From IMG/VR virus record IMGVR_UViG_3300021399_000011: a stretch of 64,000 bases of DNA. One strand, 5' to 3'. This document shows positions 9,514 to 19,213 of the stretch, piece by piece. How positions within the stretch are numbered: position 1 is the stretch's first letter; each line of letters opens with the position of its first letter. The position numbers and the translations under genes are program-made. This DNA comes from an uncultured virus (IMG/VR IMGVR_UViG_3300021399_000011) (lineage: Duplodnaviria; Heunggongvirae; Uroviricota; Caudoviricetes). A model generated the notes under the pieces. It searched no databases, had not been told where the DNA came from, and worked only from the letters and a program-made list of their open reading frames with translations.

Positions 9514-10086
9514 ATGGCTGATTACCCTGTTACGATCACCGAGCAGGACATCCTGGATGCCGCCAGCTACATCGGCATAAGCACAAAGGAGACCTTTACA
9601 CGGGCTATCGCTTTCGCGTGTCTTGAGCCGGTGAACGTGCAACTGGACAATGACGGCGATACGCTGCCGACAATGTTCCGCGAGAACAAGAAGATCAAGG
9701 CGCAGTACATGATGGGAACGCTCGCCACGCTGCTCGGCAAGCCGTTCGAGAGCGAAAAGATTCAGCCCAGTGGAGAGCTGACCGGCTGCATGGCGGAAGC
9801 CGACTACGACCGTTGGGCGCAGAGCCATGTGATGAACCAACTGGAGCGACTGAAGAAGGTCAAAAACTCCGAAGTCGTGAACAAGCTGTTCGATGTGCTC
9901 TATGAGTACAAGGCCATCGAGCTGACGCTGACCGGCGCTATCAAGGATGAGCTGGAAGTCCGAAACGATCCTTTCAACCGCGCCATGCAGTGGCTTACGC
10001 TGTCGGTGGCCGACGCCGGAGTAAAGGAACTCGTCAACATCGCCATGAAACAGGCGGTCGAGAACGAAAAGGGTGATTCCAAGTGA
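9514..10086 (+). CDS. Hypothetical morphogenesis protein
   Basis: GGGAG RBS; GTGA overlap with the next gene. Confidence 0.55.
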   Translation: MADYPVTITEQDILDAASYIGISTKETFTRAIAFACLEPVNVQLDNDGDTLPTMFRENKKIKAQYMMGTLATLLGKPFESEKIQPSGELTGCMAEADYDRWAQSHVMNQLERLKKVKNSEVVNKLFDVLYEYKAIELTLTGAIKDELEVRNDPFNRAMQWLTLSVADAGVKELVNIAMKQAVENEKGDSK

Positions 10087-10763
10087 GCGATTTCTGGACG
10101 GGACAGGAACCGAACCACGCCAGTCCCTACTGGCCGTACCGAAAGGTCGTGGATGCCGACACGCTCGCCGGGATGGAACAGATCCCATACATCGTGTGCC
10201 GATATCTGATGGACTTGCCGGACGGTACTGGGTATATCCCCCCTACCGACAACAGTTTTCCCCGCGTCCGACTGAAGAAGCTGCTCTACTACGACACACC
10301 GCTTCCGCTGAACAATCCGTGTCCCACGCCGGAGCAGGTAAAGAGCCTGTTCTTCGACCCAGAAAACCCGGATCGACCGCCGGATGAGGAGCGAGGCTAC
10401 CGCATCTTCCCCCAGAATATGACGGAGCAGAGCATTGCCATGAGCAAGAGCTTCATCCGCATATATCTTTCCGATGCGAGTGTTCTGCCGAGCAAAGAAA
10501 CCTTTATAACACGTCAGGACGTAGTTTTCGACATTGTGGTGAACGCTGCCATAGAGAGCAACACCGGGATGACGGCATCCAGCCGGTCGTATGACATTCT
10601 ACAATGCATCAAAGAGGCTACGGCGGGCGTGAACTTCGGCGGAGTCGGCCCCATGACTGTGCGGCGCATCACGAAAATCGACGATGAGCGGTACAACCTT
10701 GGATACAAGCTTTATACCTACATCGACTGGTGCGCGGACGCGCCGAACCCCTATTTCACTTGA
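10083..10763 (+). CDS. Putative tail terminator/completion protein
   Basis: Synteny; LKKLLYYD..P and FDIVV..R.Y.I patterns. Confidence 0.45.
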   Translation: MSDFWTGQEPNHASPYWPYRKVVDADTLAGMEQIPYIVCRYLMDLPDGTGYIPPTDNSFPRVRLKKLLYYDTPLPLNNPCPTPEQVKSLFFDPENPDRPPDEERGYRIFPQNMTEQSIAMSKSFIRIYLSDASVLPSKETFITRQDVVFDIVVNAAIESNTGMTASSRSYDILQCIKEATAGVNFGGVGPMTVRRITKIDDERYNLGYKLYTYIDWCADAPNPYFT

Positions 10764-10918
10764 CACTTGTCAAGTAGATTTCGATTTTGCTTGACATTTC
10801 AATAAGCAAAGTGGTCGAAAAACACCACTTTTCAGAGCGCCGAGAGCGCCATTTTGCCGACGTTGGCAATATGGTGGCTCTTTATTTTTTTGTATTGACA
10901 AGCCGAAGGAGATTTTAG

Positions 10919-11725
10919 ATGGCTTCTATCAATAAATACCAGCTTCAGGCGGCGGGAGATGCCCCTGTCATCTTCAACGACCTGGAATTTCATCCGCTGC
11001 TGGTGCGGGAATACACCATTTACGCGAGGGCGAAACGGGCAATGGAACTGATGCAAAGCTCATTGCATCCGAAGTACGCCAAATTCACATGGTGTGAGTG
11101 TTTGTGGGAACTGGACAAGGAATGCGAAAAGCAGACGGGACAGTACGGTGATTTTCTTGTGTCCGTGATGCTTGCCGTTGCGAAGGCTTTACGGCTCGAA
11201 GCCCCGGACGGCGAAGTGACTCTCCCTCTGCGCCCTGTATTTTCGCAGGACGGCCATCTCACGGCGCTCATGATCGGTGAAGCATACGGCAACTACACAT
11301 TGCTCAATATGCATCACATGAACGAAGTGCGGCTTATCCTTGCGGCTCAGAACGGATACGACATCCCGGACGAGAACTGGAACCCGGAACTCGTTCGCGC
11401 CGCACAGCAAAACGCCGAGGGAAACAATGCGGGGCTGGACATAGATTTTGACACCCTTCTCTACTCGGTCGCGCTGAACGCCCATTGCAGAGCAAAAGAC
11501 ATTCTCGACTGGTCGATACGGGAGTTTCACGGAATGCAGGACGCCATCGACCGCACACTCGGCTATGAGATCTACACTCTGGCGGAAATGAGCGGATTTG
11601 TGGAGTTCAAAAAAGGAAACCCCTATCCGACTTGGAAGTTTAACCGAAAGAGCGACATGCCCACCGGCTTCAAATCCATTGCGGAACTGGACGCCGGAGC
11701 AAAGGGACTTGTCGCAGGAACCTAA
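10919..11725 (+). CDS. Putative tail assembly chaperone-like protein
   Basis: AAGGAG RBS; I.DWSIREF......I motif typical of tail chaperone C-termini. Confidence 0.45.
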   Translation: MASINKYQLQAAGDAPVIFNDLEFHPLLVREYTIYARAKRAMELMQSSLHPKYAKFTWCECLWELDKECEKQTGQYGDFLVSVMLAVAKALRLEAPDGEVTLPLRPVFSQDGHLTALMIGEAYGNYTLLNMHHMNEVRLILAAQNGYDIPDENWNPELVRAAQQNAEGNNAGLDIDFDTLLYSVALNAHCRAKDILDWSIREFHGMQDAIDRTLGYEIYTLAEMSGFVEFKKGNPYPTWKFNRKSDMPTGFKSIAELDAGAKGLVAGT

Positions 11726-11752
11726 TCACAATCATAAGGAGTGAATTACATT

Positions 11753-12880
11753 ATGGCTTTCACCTTTAAGCCCGAAGAGCTGTTCTCGAAGGGTATCGTG
11801 TACGCCGAGTTCTTCGATCCCGCCACCGATGACCTTCTGGGTTACAGCCGCTATGTTGCGGACTTCTCTCTGGCCGGTGCGATGAATAACGGCGAAGTCG
11901 AAGCTGGCCCCGGCAACGGTCTGGTCATGATGATCCCCGACAGCGCCCGTCTGAACATCACCGCTACAACTGCGGACTCCAGCCTGAACAACATGGCTCT
12001 GCCCGTGGGCGGCGTTCTGAGTGGCAACGGCGTCGTGGAGACCACCACCGCCCTCACCGCCACCGGCGACAGCCTGCTTCTGGCGAACGCCGTCGCCCCT
12101 CTCGGCGGCGAGAACGGCGCTGTGTGCTACGTCCTTACTTCCACCGGCAACGACCGTGCGGATGTTGAGGCGCAGAGCGGCGTTGCACACGCTGTCGTGG
12201 ACGGCGCGATCCAGGACTTCACCGCCGTGAGCGGAAACACTTACTGCGTGAAGTATTTCTACAACAACTCTTCTGCCCAGCAGCTCACCGTTCCGGCCAT
12301 GTACGCCGCCAAGGTAGTCCGCGCCCACTTCGCGGTCAACTGCTACGCCAAGAAGACCGGCGGCGATGTGCTGTCGTCCAGCCTGTTCAAGATCCGTCAC
12401 TACGTTTTCCCGTACTACTACTTCACCAACCCGATGGAAGACACTCTGAGCCAGACGGCTACCGGCACGGTCAACCTGTCCGGCACCTGCCTGTCCTATC
12501 AGGAAGCCGCCTCCGAGGGCGTGTGCAACGTGGATACCGCCGGTGTCTACGGCTACGTTGTGGACGAGTATGTGGGTGGCGAGAACACCTCTACCGCCGC
12601 TGTTGACGGCATCTACTTCATCGGCCTCGGTGCCGGTGTTTCCGTTGCCGCAAACGCGACCCTGACTCTGCCCATCAAGTACAGCGTCAACGGCATTCTG
12701 ACCACGATTTCCGACATGGGCGCGGTCACCTTCGAGTCCAGCGCCACCGGCGTCGCCACCGTGGACGGCAACATCGTTTCCGGCGTGAGCGCGGGTACTG
12801 CGGTCATCAGTGCAAGCGTGACCAACAGCCGCACTCAGCAGACCTACACCGACACCATTACCGTGACGGTCACGGCGTAA
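11753..12880 (+). CDS. Major tail (tube) protein with C-terminal Ig-like domain
   Basis: Highly biased codons; VTFESSATGVATVDGNIVSGVSAGTAVISAS Big_2 motif; followed by a hairpin. Confidence 0.7.
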   Translation: MAFTFKPEELFSKGIVYAEFFDPATDDLLGYSRYVADFSLAGAMNNGEVEAGPGNGLVMMIPDSARLNITATTADSSLNNMALPVGGVLSGNGVVETTTALTATGDSLLLANAVAPLGGENGAVCYVLTSTGNDRADVEAQSGVAHAVVDGAIQDFTAVSGNTYCVKYFYNNSSAQQLTVPAMYAAKVVRAHFAVNCYAKKTGGDVLSSSLFKIRHYVFPYYYFTNPMEDTLSQTATGTVNLSGTCLSYQEAASEGVCNVDTAGVYGYVVDEYVGGENTSTAAVDGIYFIGLGAGVSVAANATLTLPIKYSVNGILTTISDMGAVTFESSATGVATVDGNIVSGVSAGTAVISASVTNSRTQQTYTDTITVTVTA

Positions 12881-12886
12881 GCCAAT

Positions 12887-12918
12887 GCAGCCCCGGCCCA
12901 TTACCGGGTCGGGGCTGC
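12887..12918 (+). terminator. GC hairpin after the tail tube gene
   Basis: GCAGCCCCGGCCC-ATTAC-CGGGTCGGGGCTGC; U-tract is weak. Confidence 0.45.
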
Positions 12919-12998
12919 TCCTATATATATTTCGCGTTTTCCCCAAAAATCACAGATTGCGAAGTTTGGGGAGCACACGAGAGAAAGGAGATGCGAAT

Positions 12999-13427
12999 AT
13001 GGCCGGTGGACTTCAAGGAGAACTTGATGCGGTAATGGGTGAAGTTATTTCCGCTGTTCAACTCGCACTCGGAGGCCCTATACGCGAGGGACTGGAAGCG
13101 GAAATCGCAAAGTACGCCGAGAGAAATGTGTACAGCTACGACGCCGCACCGTACTTCAAAGCAAAACGGCGCGGATCACTTGAAAACAAAGGCGAATATG
13201 ATGTAACGGTTGGAGACCTGTCCATCACCATTGACGGCAGCGGGATAGCCCTACAATACGGTGTCGGCGGAGAGGTTGACATCGTTGAACAAGGAGCCGG
13301 TTGGCATCAACCTGGGCCGCGTCCATATATGAATGAAGCATTGGAAAACTATATCGCATCCGGCGAAGCGGACAGAGCGTTGGCAACTGTATTACAAGGA
13401 ATGGGCTTTGAGGCTACCGTTGGATAA
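12999..13427 (+). CDS. Putative tail completion (HK97 gp10-like) protein
   Basis: AAAGGAG RBS; VY..Y....RRG.L ... VE.G ... PRPYM..A pattern. Confidence 0.5.
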   Translation: MAGGLQGELDAVMGEVISAVQLALGGPIREGLEAEIAKYAERNVYSYDAAPYFKAKRRGSLENKGEYDVTVGDLSITIDGSGIALQYGVGGEVDIVEQGAGWHQPGPRPYMNEALENYIASGEADRALATVLQGMGFEATVG

Positions 13428-13450
13428 GCAAACGGTATGGAGGTAAGTAA

Positions 13451-16400
13451 ATGCCAGCAAGCGTAACTCTTAACGTAAGTATAAACAAGGCCGACGCAGA
13501 GGCTGGCCTGAAAAAAATCTCTGAGGCCATTAAGCCGTTAACCACGCCTGTAAAACTGAATATTGACACGAAAGCCGCTGTATCCAGTCTAAAAGATTTG
13601 AACACCATTGCGTCAAATTTTGAAAAAACTCTTCAAAAGGCAGGGGCTTCCGGGCTTTTAGCAGACAAAATCAAAAATGGATATGCCTCCAAGAATAATG
13701 TGCTTGATGAGGCTATTCGGGCGAGCGAAGCAGCATCGAGAGCCTATTCAACTGCATTAAGAGAGCAGATGCTGGCAGAGCAGGAAGCGGCAAAAGCCCA
13801 TGAGGGGATGCGCTCTTCCTATAACGAGTACGACCAGGCTATCCAGAAGCGAGAGGCCGAAGGTCACGCATTTGCCGCTGCACTCAAGCAACAAATGTTG
13901 GCAGAAAGAGAGGCGGAGCAAGAGGCAAGACGAGCTGGGAGCGCCATGTCGGAAGCGGGCAATGCGGCGGCTCAGTCTGGTAGTTCTGCGGCATCCGGTG
14001 CAAGCGGTTGGACTGTCCTTGGTGGGGCGATTTCCAGCGCCCTCGGGCATCTGGCATCCCGCGCACTGACAGCCGCTTTCAGTAAAATACGCCAAGCCAT
14101 CCGCGAAGCTCTTACGGAGATGAAAAACGTCGATACACAGTTGACGAACATCTCCAAGGTCAGCGGAAAAACCGGCGAAGAACTTGCCGCCATCGGAGAC
14201 CGCGCCTACGACACGGCGTCCAAATACGGCGAAGCCGCGAGCACATACCTGGAATCTGTCTACAACATGCAGAAAGCCGGTATGGGCGACCAGTCCGAGG
14301 CTATGGGCGAACTGGCCATCAAGACCATGCTCGTGGGCGATACCACCGAGGATGTTGCCTCCAAGTTCCTCATTGCGTCCAACGCCGCATGGCAACTGGA
14401 CGGCAATATGACGCGCCTCACACAGATCGTAGACGAGGCCGACTATATCAACAACAACTACGCGACAAGCCTGGATAAGCTTGCCGCCGGTATGCCCATT
14501 GTCGCATCCATCGCCGCGCAGACGGGCATGACCGCCGAGGAAACGATGGCGGCTATCGGCACTATTACCGCTGCGACGCAGGAGTCAGGAACTAAAGCCG
14601 CCACAGCGCTCCGCGCACTCATTTTGAACATCTCCGGCGAGGTCGGCAAGTACCTCACCGAAGAGGGCGAAGAGTTCGAGGTCACGGAAAAGAGCGTCAA
14701 ATCGATGCAGGGTCTGCTCGAAAAGTACGCCAAGACCGAGATGGATGCGGCGAAAGCAGCCGGTCAGCTCATCGACCCAATGACCGCCATCCGCGCCATC
14801 TTCAAGGGCATGAAGGAAGATGACCTCACCGATGTAGAACTCTTCAACCTGCTGTCCGGCATGGGTGGCAAGCTCCGTACAAACCAACTCACCGCTCTGG
14901 TTCAAAACTTTGATACGCTGTATCAGGACATGATGAACGGCATGAAAGATGCCGCCGGTACAGCAGATTCAGAGATCGAGCGCATGATGCAGTCTTGGGA
15001 GCGAAAGACCCAGAAGCTCAAAAACACATGGACTGAGTTCATCGCAGATATTGTCGAAACCGACACAATCAAGGGCGGAATCGATCTGCTGACCAGCTTC
15101 GTTGAAGGTCTGGACAACATGGTCGGACGGGCCAAAAACCCGTTTTTCGACAGCGAGCAAACTGAAAGTGACATTGACTCCACCAAAGAGAAAGTTGATG
15201 CCCTCGTAAAAGCCATTATGGAGCTGCGTGATAGTGGCACAGACAGGAATGATGCTCGCCTCAAAGAACTGCAAGAAGAACTGAAATATCAGCAACAGAT
15301 CCTTGAAACAAAGCAAAAGCAATATCAGCTGGAGCATGAACAGGAGGCAAGGCAGCTCCAAAGCAAACTGAAAGGTCAAGCGCCGGATATGCTCTCCGGC
15401 ATTGATTCCGACGCGGCTGGCATCGTTGCAGGCGGAAATGTCCAAGAGTACCAACAGAGTCTGACCGGCGTTCTATCGAAATACCAGGAATACTATGACC
15501 AGTTGGTCATGATAAGAGACGCTGGCATCGCAATGTCGGAAGAGGAAAGCTCGTTTATTTCTTATTTCGATGCGATGAAAGCTGTTGCCACGGATACATC
15601 GCTGAGTCTTGGCAATGCCGTAAACGGTCAGCGTGAGTTTGTCGATGGCGAAGGCAACGTTGTCGCTGTTGCGCGTGATGGCATTAAAATTCAGGAAGAA
15701 ATAAACAACGCCATCGACGATTACAACGAAAAAACATCTGAAGCAGTCGATAAAATGGCGCAGGCGATGCAGGACTATGACGCCGCATATGCCGACTATG
15801 CGCAAGCGAAGGAAGATAAGGAGAACGCAAAGACTGCCGAGGAGCGGGCGGATGCCATCGCCCGCGAAGCCGAAGCCTATGAGCGCATGGGCGAGGCGGA
15901 AGAAAGAATAAACAAGTATTCCGAAGAGCAGCTCAGACTTAACCAGGAAACCGCAGACGCGACAGATGGAATAGTCAGCCAGTATGACGACGCTGGAATT
16001 GCAGTACAAAGAGCGGCTGAAAACGCACTTGCGATGCAGCAGGCTCAAACTGATGCGACCGCCGGTGCCGGGGAACTGGATACAGCGGCAGCAGGGGTTA
16101 CGGGAGAAATAGAAGCGGCCTCTTCGGCGGCGGGGAGCATCGACTTTTCTTCCGCTACAGCAGGCGCAAACGCGCTAACCGGAGCACTACAGGGGGCTGC
16201 TGCCGCTGCCCAGTCCATCAGCGTAGGCGCTATCGGGGTTGGAGGCGGAGGCCATGCCACCGGCACGAAAAACGCCCCCGGTGGTCCAACGCTGGTTAAC
16301 GAGCTTGGCCCGGAGCTAATCAGCGAAAACGGCAGAGCCTATATCGCCAACGGCGGTAAACCCGGAGTTGTCAATCTTTCTAAAGGCGCTATCGTTCTGA

Positions 16401-17815
16401 CAGCAAGAGAAACAAGAGACGCACTTCGGGGTGGCAACGGCGCTGTGCGAAATATGTATGCCGCATCTGGAGGCAAGAGAAACAGCGCCCCAGTCGTAGG
16501 CGGTGGCGGTGCTCTCATCATTAAGCCTTCAACCGGAAACAAGCCATCAACCCCAAATACATTTTTCTCAAGCATTCAAAGTCAGCAAATCACGCCCGTT
16601 GGGACAAGGAAAAACCCAAACAATCCACTGGATTTTCGCGTAGTTATACCCGAAGCACAAGAGCACGGCCCGTCCATTGCGGTCAGCGAGTTCAAAACGA
16701 GAGATAAACGCCGAGGAAACTACGGCGGCGGTGGCGGCTCCACCGAAAAAACGGTCGAAGACCTCGCCAAAGAGACCAAGGACATCCTCTCCAACCTTGA
16801 GAAGCAGGCAAAGCTGGCGGATAACCGCAAGCAGTACGATAAGGAAGCATCGCTTTACGCGCAAGGCCAGAAAGAAATCGACAAGATGGTCGCGGCCTAC
16901 AAAAAGGCCGGATACAAAGAGACCGACGATGAAGTCCTTGACCTGCTGAACAAGCGCTACGACTACGAGAAGAAAAAGGACGCGGCGAGCAAGAAGACCA
17001 TTGAGGAAGCCGCCAAGGAACTCAAGGATAAGCTCTCCAATCTGGAAAAGCAAGCCGACGTAGCCGAGAAGCAAGAGGACTATCTCAGTCAGGTCAAGTT
17101 CTACGAGCAGGCGCAGGAAGCCATCAAGACGATGGTGGATCGCTACCGCAAGGCGGGATATAAGGATGACTCCGATGAGATCCTTGACCTGCTCAAAAAG
17201 AACTACGACTACGCTGACAAGCAGGTAAACATCTACAAAGACCGTTGGAACGAACTGATCGACGCTCTGGAAACGGACACCGAACAGCAGGAACTCGCCA
17301 ACGCTCTGGCAGAGAAACAGCAAGCGCTTGAGGATGCGCGGCTCTCTCTGGAGAATGCACAGAAACAGCGCACCATCCGCACATACAACGCCGCTACCGG
17401 CCAGTGGGAATGGGTACGCGATGAAGCCAAGGTCAAGAGCGCACAGGAATCTCTTACGAAAGCCGAAAAGGACTATGCCGATGAGGTAAAAGACCAGGCT
17501 ATCCAAGAGATCGAGAAGATGCGTGACACGCTGGCCGACCTGAACGACGTTGTTCTCGGCCCCGCGCTCACATCGGTGATGGCGATGGCGGAAAGCTCCA
17601 ATGAGTTCCAGAACTTCGCCCGTGCGCTCAACGCCGTGTACGGCGTAGGCTCGTATCTCAGCTCCACGGAGGGCAGCTCCAAGGTCATTTCCACCGCCAG
17701 TGACAGCCACGACACCATTTATACCTTCGGCAACGTAACGCTGACCGAGGAACAGGCAAGCACCATGAGCGTAGCGCAGCTCGCGCAGAAGCTCCAAGTG
17801 CTGAAAATCTCGTGA
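13451..17815 (+). CDS. Tail tape measure protein
   Basis: 1454 aa, Ala-rich helical; TP901-type core (DTQLTNISKVSG...NNYAT...ESGTKAATALR); HATGT...LVNELGPELI motif; internal C-terminal duplication. Confidence 0.9.
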   Translation: MPASVTLNVSINKADAEAGLKKISEAIKPLTTPVKLNIDTKAAVSSLKDLNTIASNFEKTLQKAGASGLLADKIKNGYASKNNVLDEAIRASEAASRAYSTALREQMLAEQEAAKAHEGMRSSYNEYDQAIQKREAEGHAFAAALKQQMLAEREAEQEARRAGSAMSEAGNAAAQSGSSAASGASGWTVLGGAISSALGHLASRALTAAFSKIRQAIREALTEMKNVDTQLTNISKVSGKTGEELAAIGDRAYDTASKYGEAASTYLESVYNMQKAGMGDQSEAMGELAIKTMLVGDTTEDVASKFLIASNAAWQLDGNMTRLTQIVDEADYINNNYATSLDKLAAGMPIVASIAAQTGMTAEETMAAIGTITAATQESGTKAATALRALILNISGEVGKYLTEEGEEFEVTEKSVKSMQGLLEKYAKTEMDAAKAAGQLIDPMTAIRAIFKGMKEDDLTDVELFNLLSGMGGKLRTNQLTALVQNFDTLYQDMMNGMKDAAGTADSEIERMMQSWERKTQKLKNTWTEFIADIVETDTIKGGIDLLTSFVEGLDNMVGRAKNPFFDSEQTESDIDSTKEKVDALVKAIMELRDSGTDRNDARLKELQEELKYQQQILETKQKQYQLEHEQEARQLQSKLKGQAPDMLSGIDSDAAGIVAGGNVQEYQQSLTGVLSKYQEYYDQLVMIRDAGIAMSEEESSFISYFDAMKAVATDTSLSLGNAVNGQREFVDGEGNVVAVARDGIKIQEEINNAIDDYNEKTSEAVDKMAQAMQDYDAAYADYAQAKEDKENAKTAEERADAIAREAEAYERMGEAEERINKYSEEQLRLNQETADATDGIVSQYDDAGIAVQRAAENALAMQQAQTDATAGAGELDTAAAGVTGEIEAASSAAGSIDFSSATAGANALTGALQGAAAAAQSISVGAIGVGGGGHATGTKNAPGGPTLVNELGPELISENGRAYIANGGKPGVVNLSKGAIVLTARETRDALRGGNGAVRNMYAASGGKRNSAPVVGGGGALIIKPSTGNKPSTPNTFFSSIQSQQITPVGTRKNPNNPLDFRVVIPEAQEHGPSIAVSEFKTRDKRRGNYGGGGGSTEKTVEDLAKETKDILSNLEKQAKLADNRKQYDKEASLYAQGQKEIDKMVAAYKKAGYKETDDEVLDLLNKRYDYEKKKDAASKKTIEEAAKELKDKLSNLEKQADVAEKQEDYLSQVKFYEQAQEAIKTMVDRYRKAGYKDDSDEILDLLKKNYDYADKQVNIYKDRWNELIDALETDTEQQELANALAEKQQALEDARLSLENAQKQRTIRTYNAATGQWEWVRDEAKVKSAQESLTKAEKDYADEVKDQAIQEIEKMRDTLADLNDVVLGPALTSVMAMAESSNEFQNFARALNAVYGVGSYLSSTEGSSKVISTASDSHDTIYTFGNVTLTEEQASTMSVAQLAQKLQVLKIS

Positions 17816-17830
17816 GGGAGGAAGATCAAC

Positions 17831-18568
17831 TTGCTGAACGATGCACAGCGATTCTGGGATGCCATCGTCGGTAAAGTGCGCCGGACGGCGCAGGACGAGT
17901 CCAAGAACGCCCTGCGCCTTGAACGGTACGAGGTAACGACTGCCGCGAACGGCACAAAGATGGGCGTAACGCTCCCCATGGGGACAAAAGAAATCTTTCT
18001 CCCCTACTCCAACGAGGTGGCGTCGGCGAGCGTGGGAACCCCCGTCCTTGTCGGATGGTGGGGAAGCATGAGCAACGCGAAGGTCTATTACTTTGCGGAC
18101 GGATACAAGGGGGTAAGCGGGCATGGCGGAAATCCGTTGGACTCATATCCAATTGGATCGTTCTACATAAGCGCAAACTCCACGTCTCCCGCAGAACGCT
18201 TCGGTGGCGATTGGGAGCGGGTCACAGGGCAGTTTCTCTTCGGCACGGACACGACGGAAAATGATCCGGGAACCTATCCTGCCGGGAGCACCGGCGGCGA
18301 GGCAGAGCATTTGCTGACCGGCGCAGAGAGCGGTCAGAAGGCCCTGACGAATGTCGGTTCTCACCATCACCCGGCCTATTTCCGAAGAATGACTGCCAAC
18401 AGCTACGTTACATCGGGCGGCGCTATCGTTTGGGGCAGTAGCGCCAACAACAACGGTACATGGAACACGAATGATGCGACTATTTCTATCAGCGCGTCCA
18501 ATGCGTCCAGCGCCCACAACAACATGCCGCCCTATCTGGCGGTGTACATCTGGAAGAGGGTGGCCTGA
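17831..18568 (+). CDS. Baseplate/tail protein with gp10-C-like domain
   Basis: YPIGSFYISANSTSPAERFGGDWER...TGGEAEHLLT...HNNMPPYLAVYIWKRVA. Confidence 0.7.
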   Translation: MLNDAQRFWDAIVGKVRRTAQDESKNALRLERYEVTTAANGTKMGVTLPMGTKEIFLPYSNEVASASVGTPVLVGWWGSMSNAKVYYFADGYKGVSGHGGNPLDSYPIGSFYISANSTSPAERFGGDWERVTGQFLFGTDTTENDPGTYPAGSTGGEAEHLLTGAESGQKALTNVGSHHHPAYFRRMTANSYVTSGGAIVWGSSANNNGTWNTNDATISISASNASSAHNNMPPYLAVYIWKRVA

Positions 18569-19008
18569 TGAGAATCATTGATGAAAACGGGAACGAGATC
18601 CTGAACCCGGATTATACCAAGGGCTACACGACCGAAGAAGAAATCTTCATCGCCCATCACGATGCCATCCCAGGCGTGGAAGAAGTGTGGCACTACGAGG
18701 TGGTGCGCACCTACCCCAACGGCGGTAAGGATGTGGAAAAGGTCATCGACGTTCCGGGCGTTCCGGCACAGGACGCATGGGATGAGACGGAGAAAATACT
18801 TCGATATATTCCCTACTCGGAAGAAGAACTTGCCCATCAAGCGGAAGAACAGGCGGCGAAGGAAGCCGAAGAACGCGAAAAGCGCGAGGCGGAAGAAGCG
18901 CTTGCCAGAGAAAACGCCAAGCTCAAAGCACAGGTTGCGGCGCTCATGGAAAACCAACAGTTTCTGGAGGACTGCATCGCAGAGATGGCAGAAATCGTAT
19001 ATGCGTAA
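18568..19008 (+). CDS. Tail-associated protein (fibre chaperone-like)
   Basis: Translationally coupled; C-terminal LEDCIAEMAEIVY motif. Confidence 0.55.
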   Translation: MRIIDENGNEILNPDYTKGYTTEEEIFIAHHDAIPGVEEVWHYEVVRTYPNGGKDVEKVIDVPGVPAQDAWDETEKILRYIPYSEEELAHQAEEQAAKEAEEREKREAEEALARENAKLKAQVAALMENQQFLEDCIAEMAEIVYA

Positions 19009-19039
19009 ACTCAAATCAATTATAGAAAGGATACTTGAA

Positions 19040-19189
19040 ATGATGGCTATGCTTTTTGCGATTCGGGTGGTAGAGGAACGCACCACCTTCGAGCGAGTTC
19101 CCAACAAACTCAAGGCACAGGTGGCGGAGATCATTGTACACGACTTCGGCCTGCCGGAACTCGTAAGCGAGGAATACCGCGACATCTAA
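19040..19189 (+). CDS. Small CD1375/XkdX-like protein
   Basis: MMAMLFAIRVVEERTTFERVPNKLKAQVAEII motif; AAGGA RBS. Confidence 0.55.
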   Translation: MMAMLFAIRVVEERTTFERVPNKLKAQVAEIIVHDFGLPELVSEEYRDI

Positions 19190-19213
19190 TCATACCACGG
19201 GAGGAAATATCCC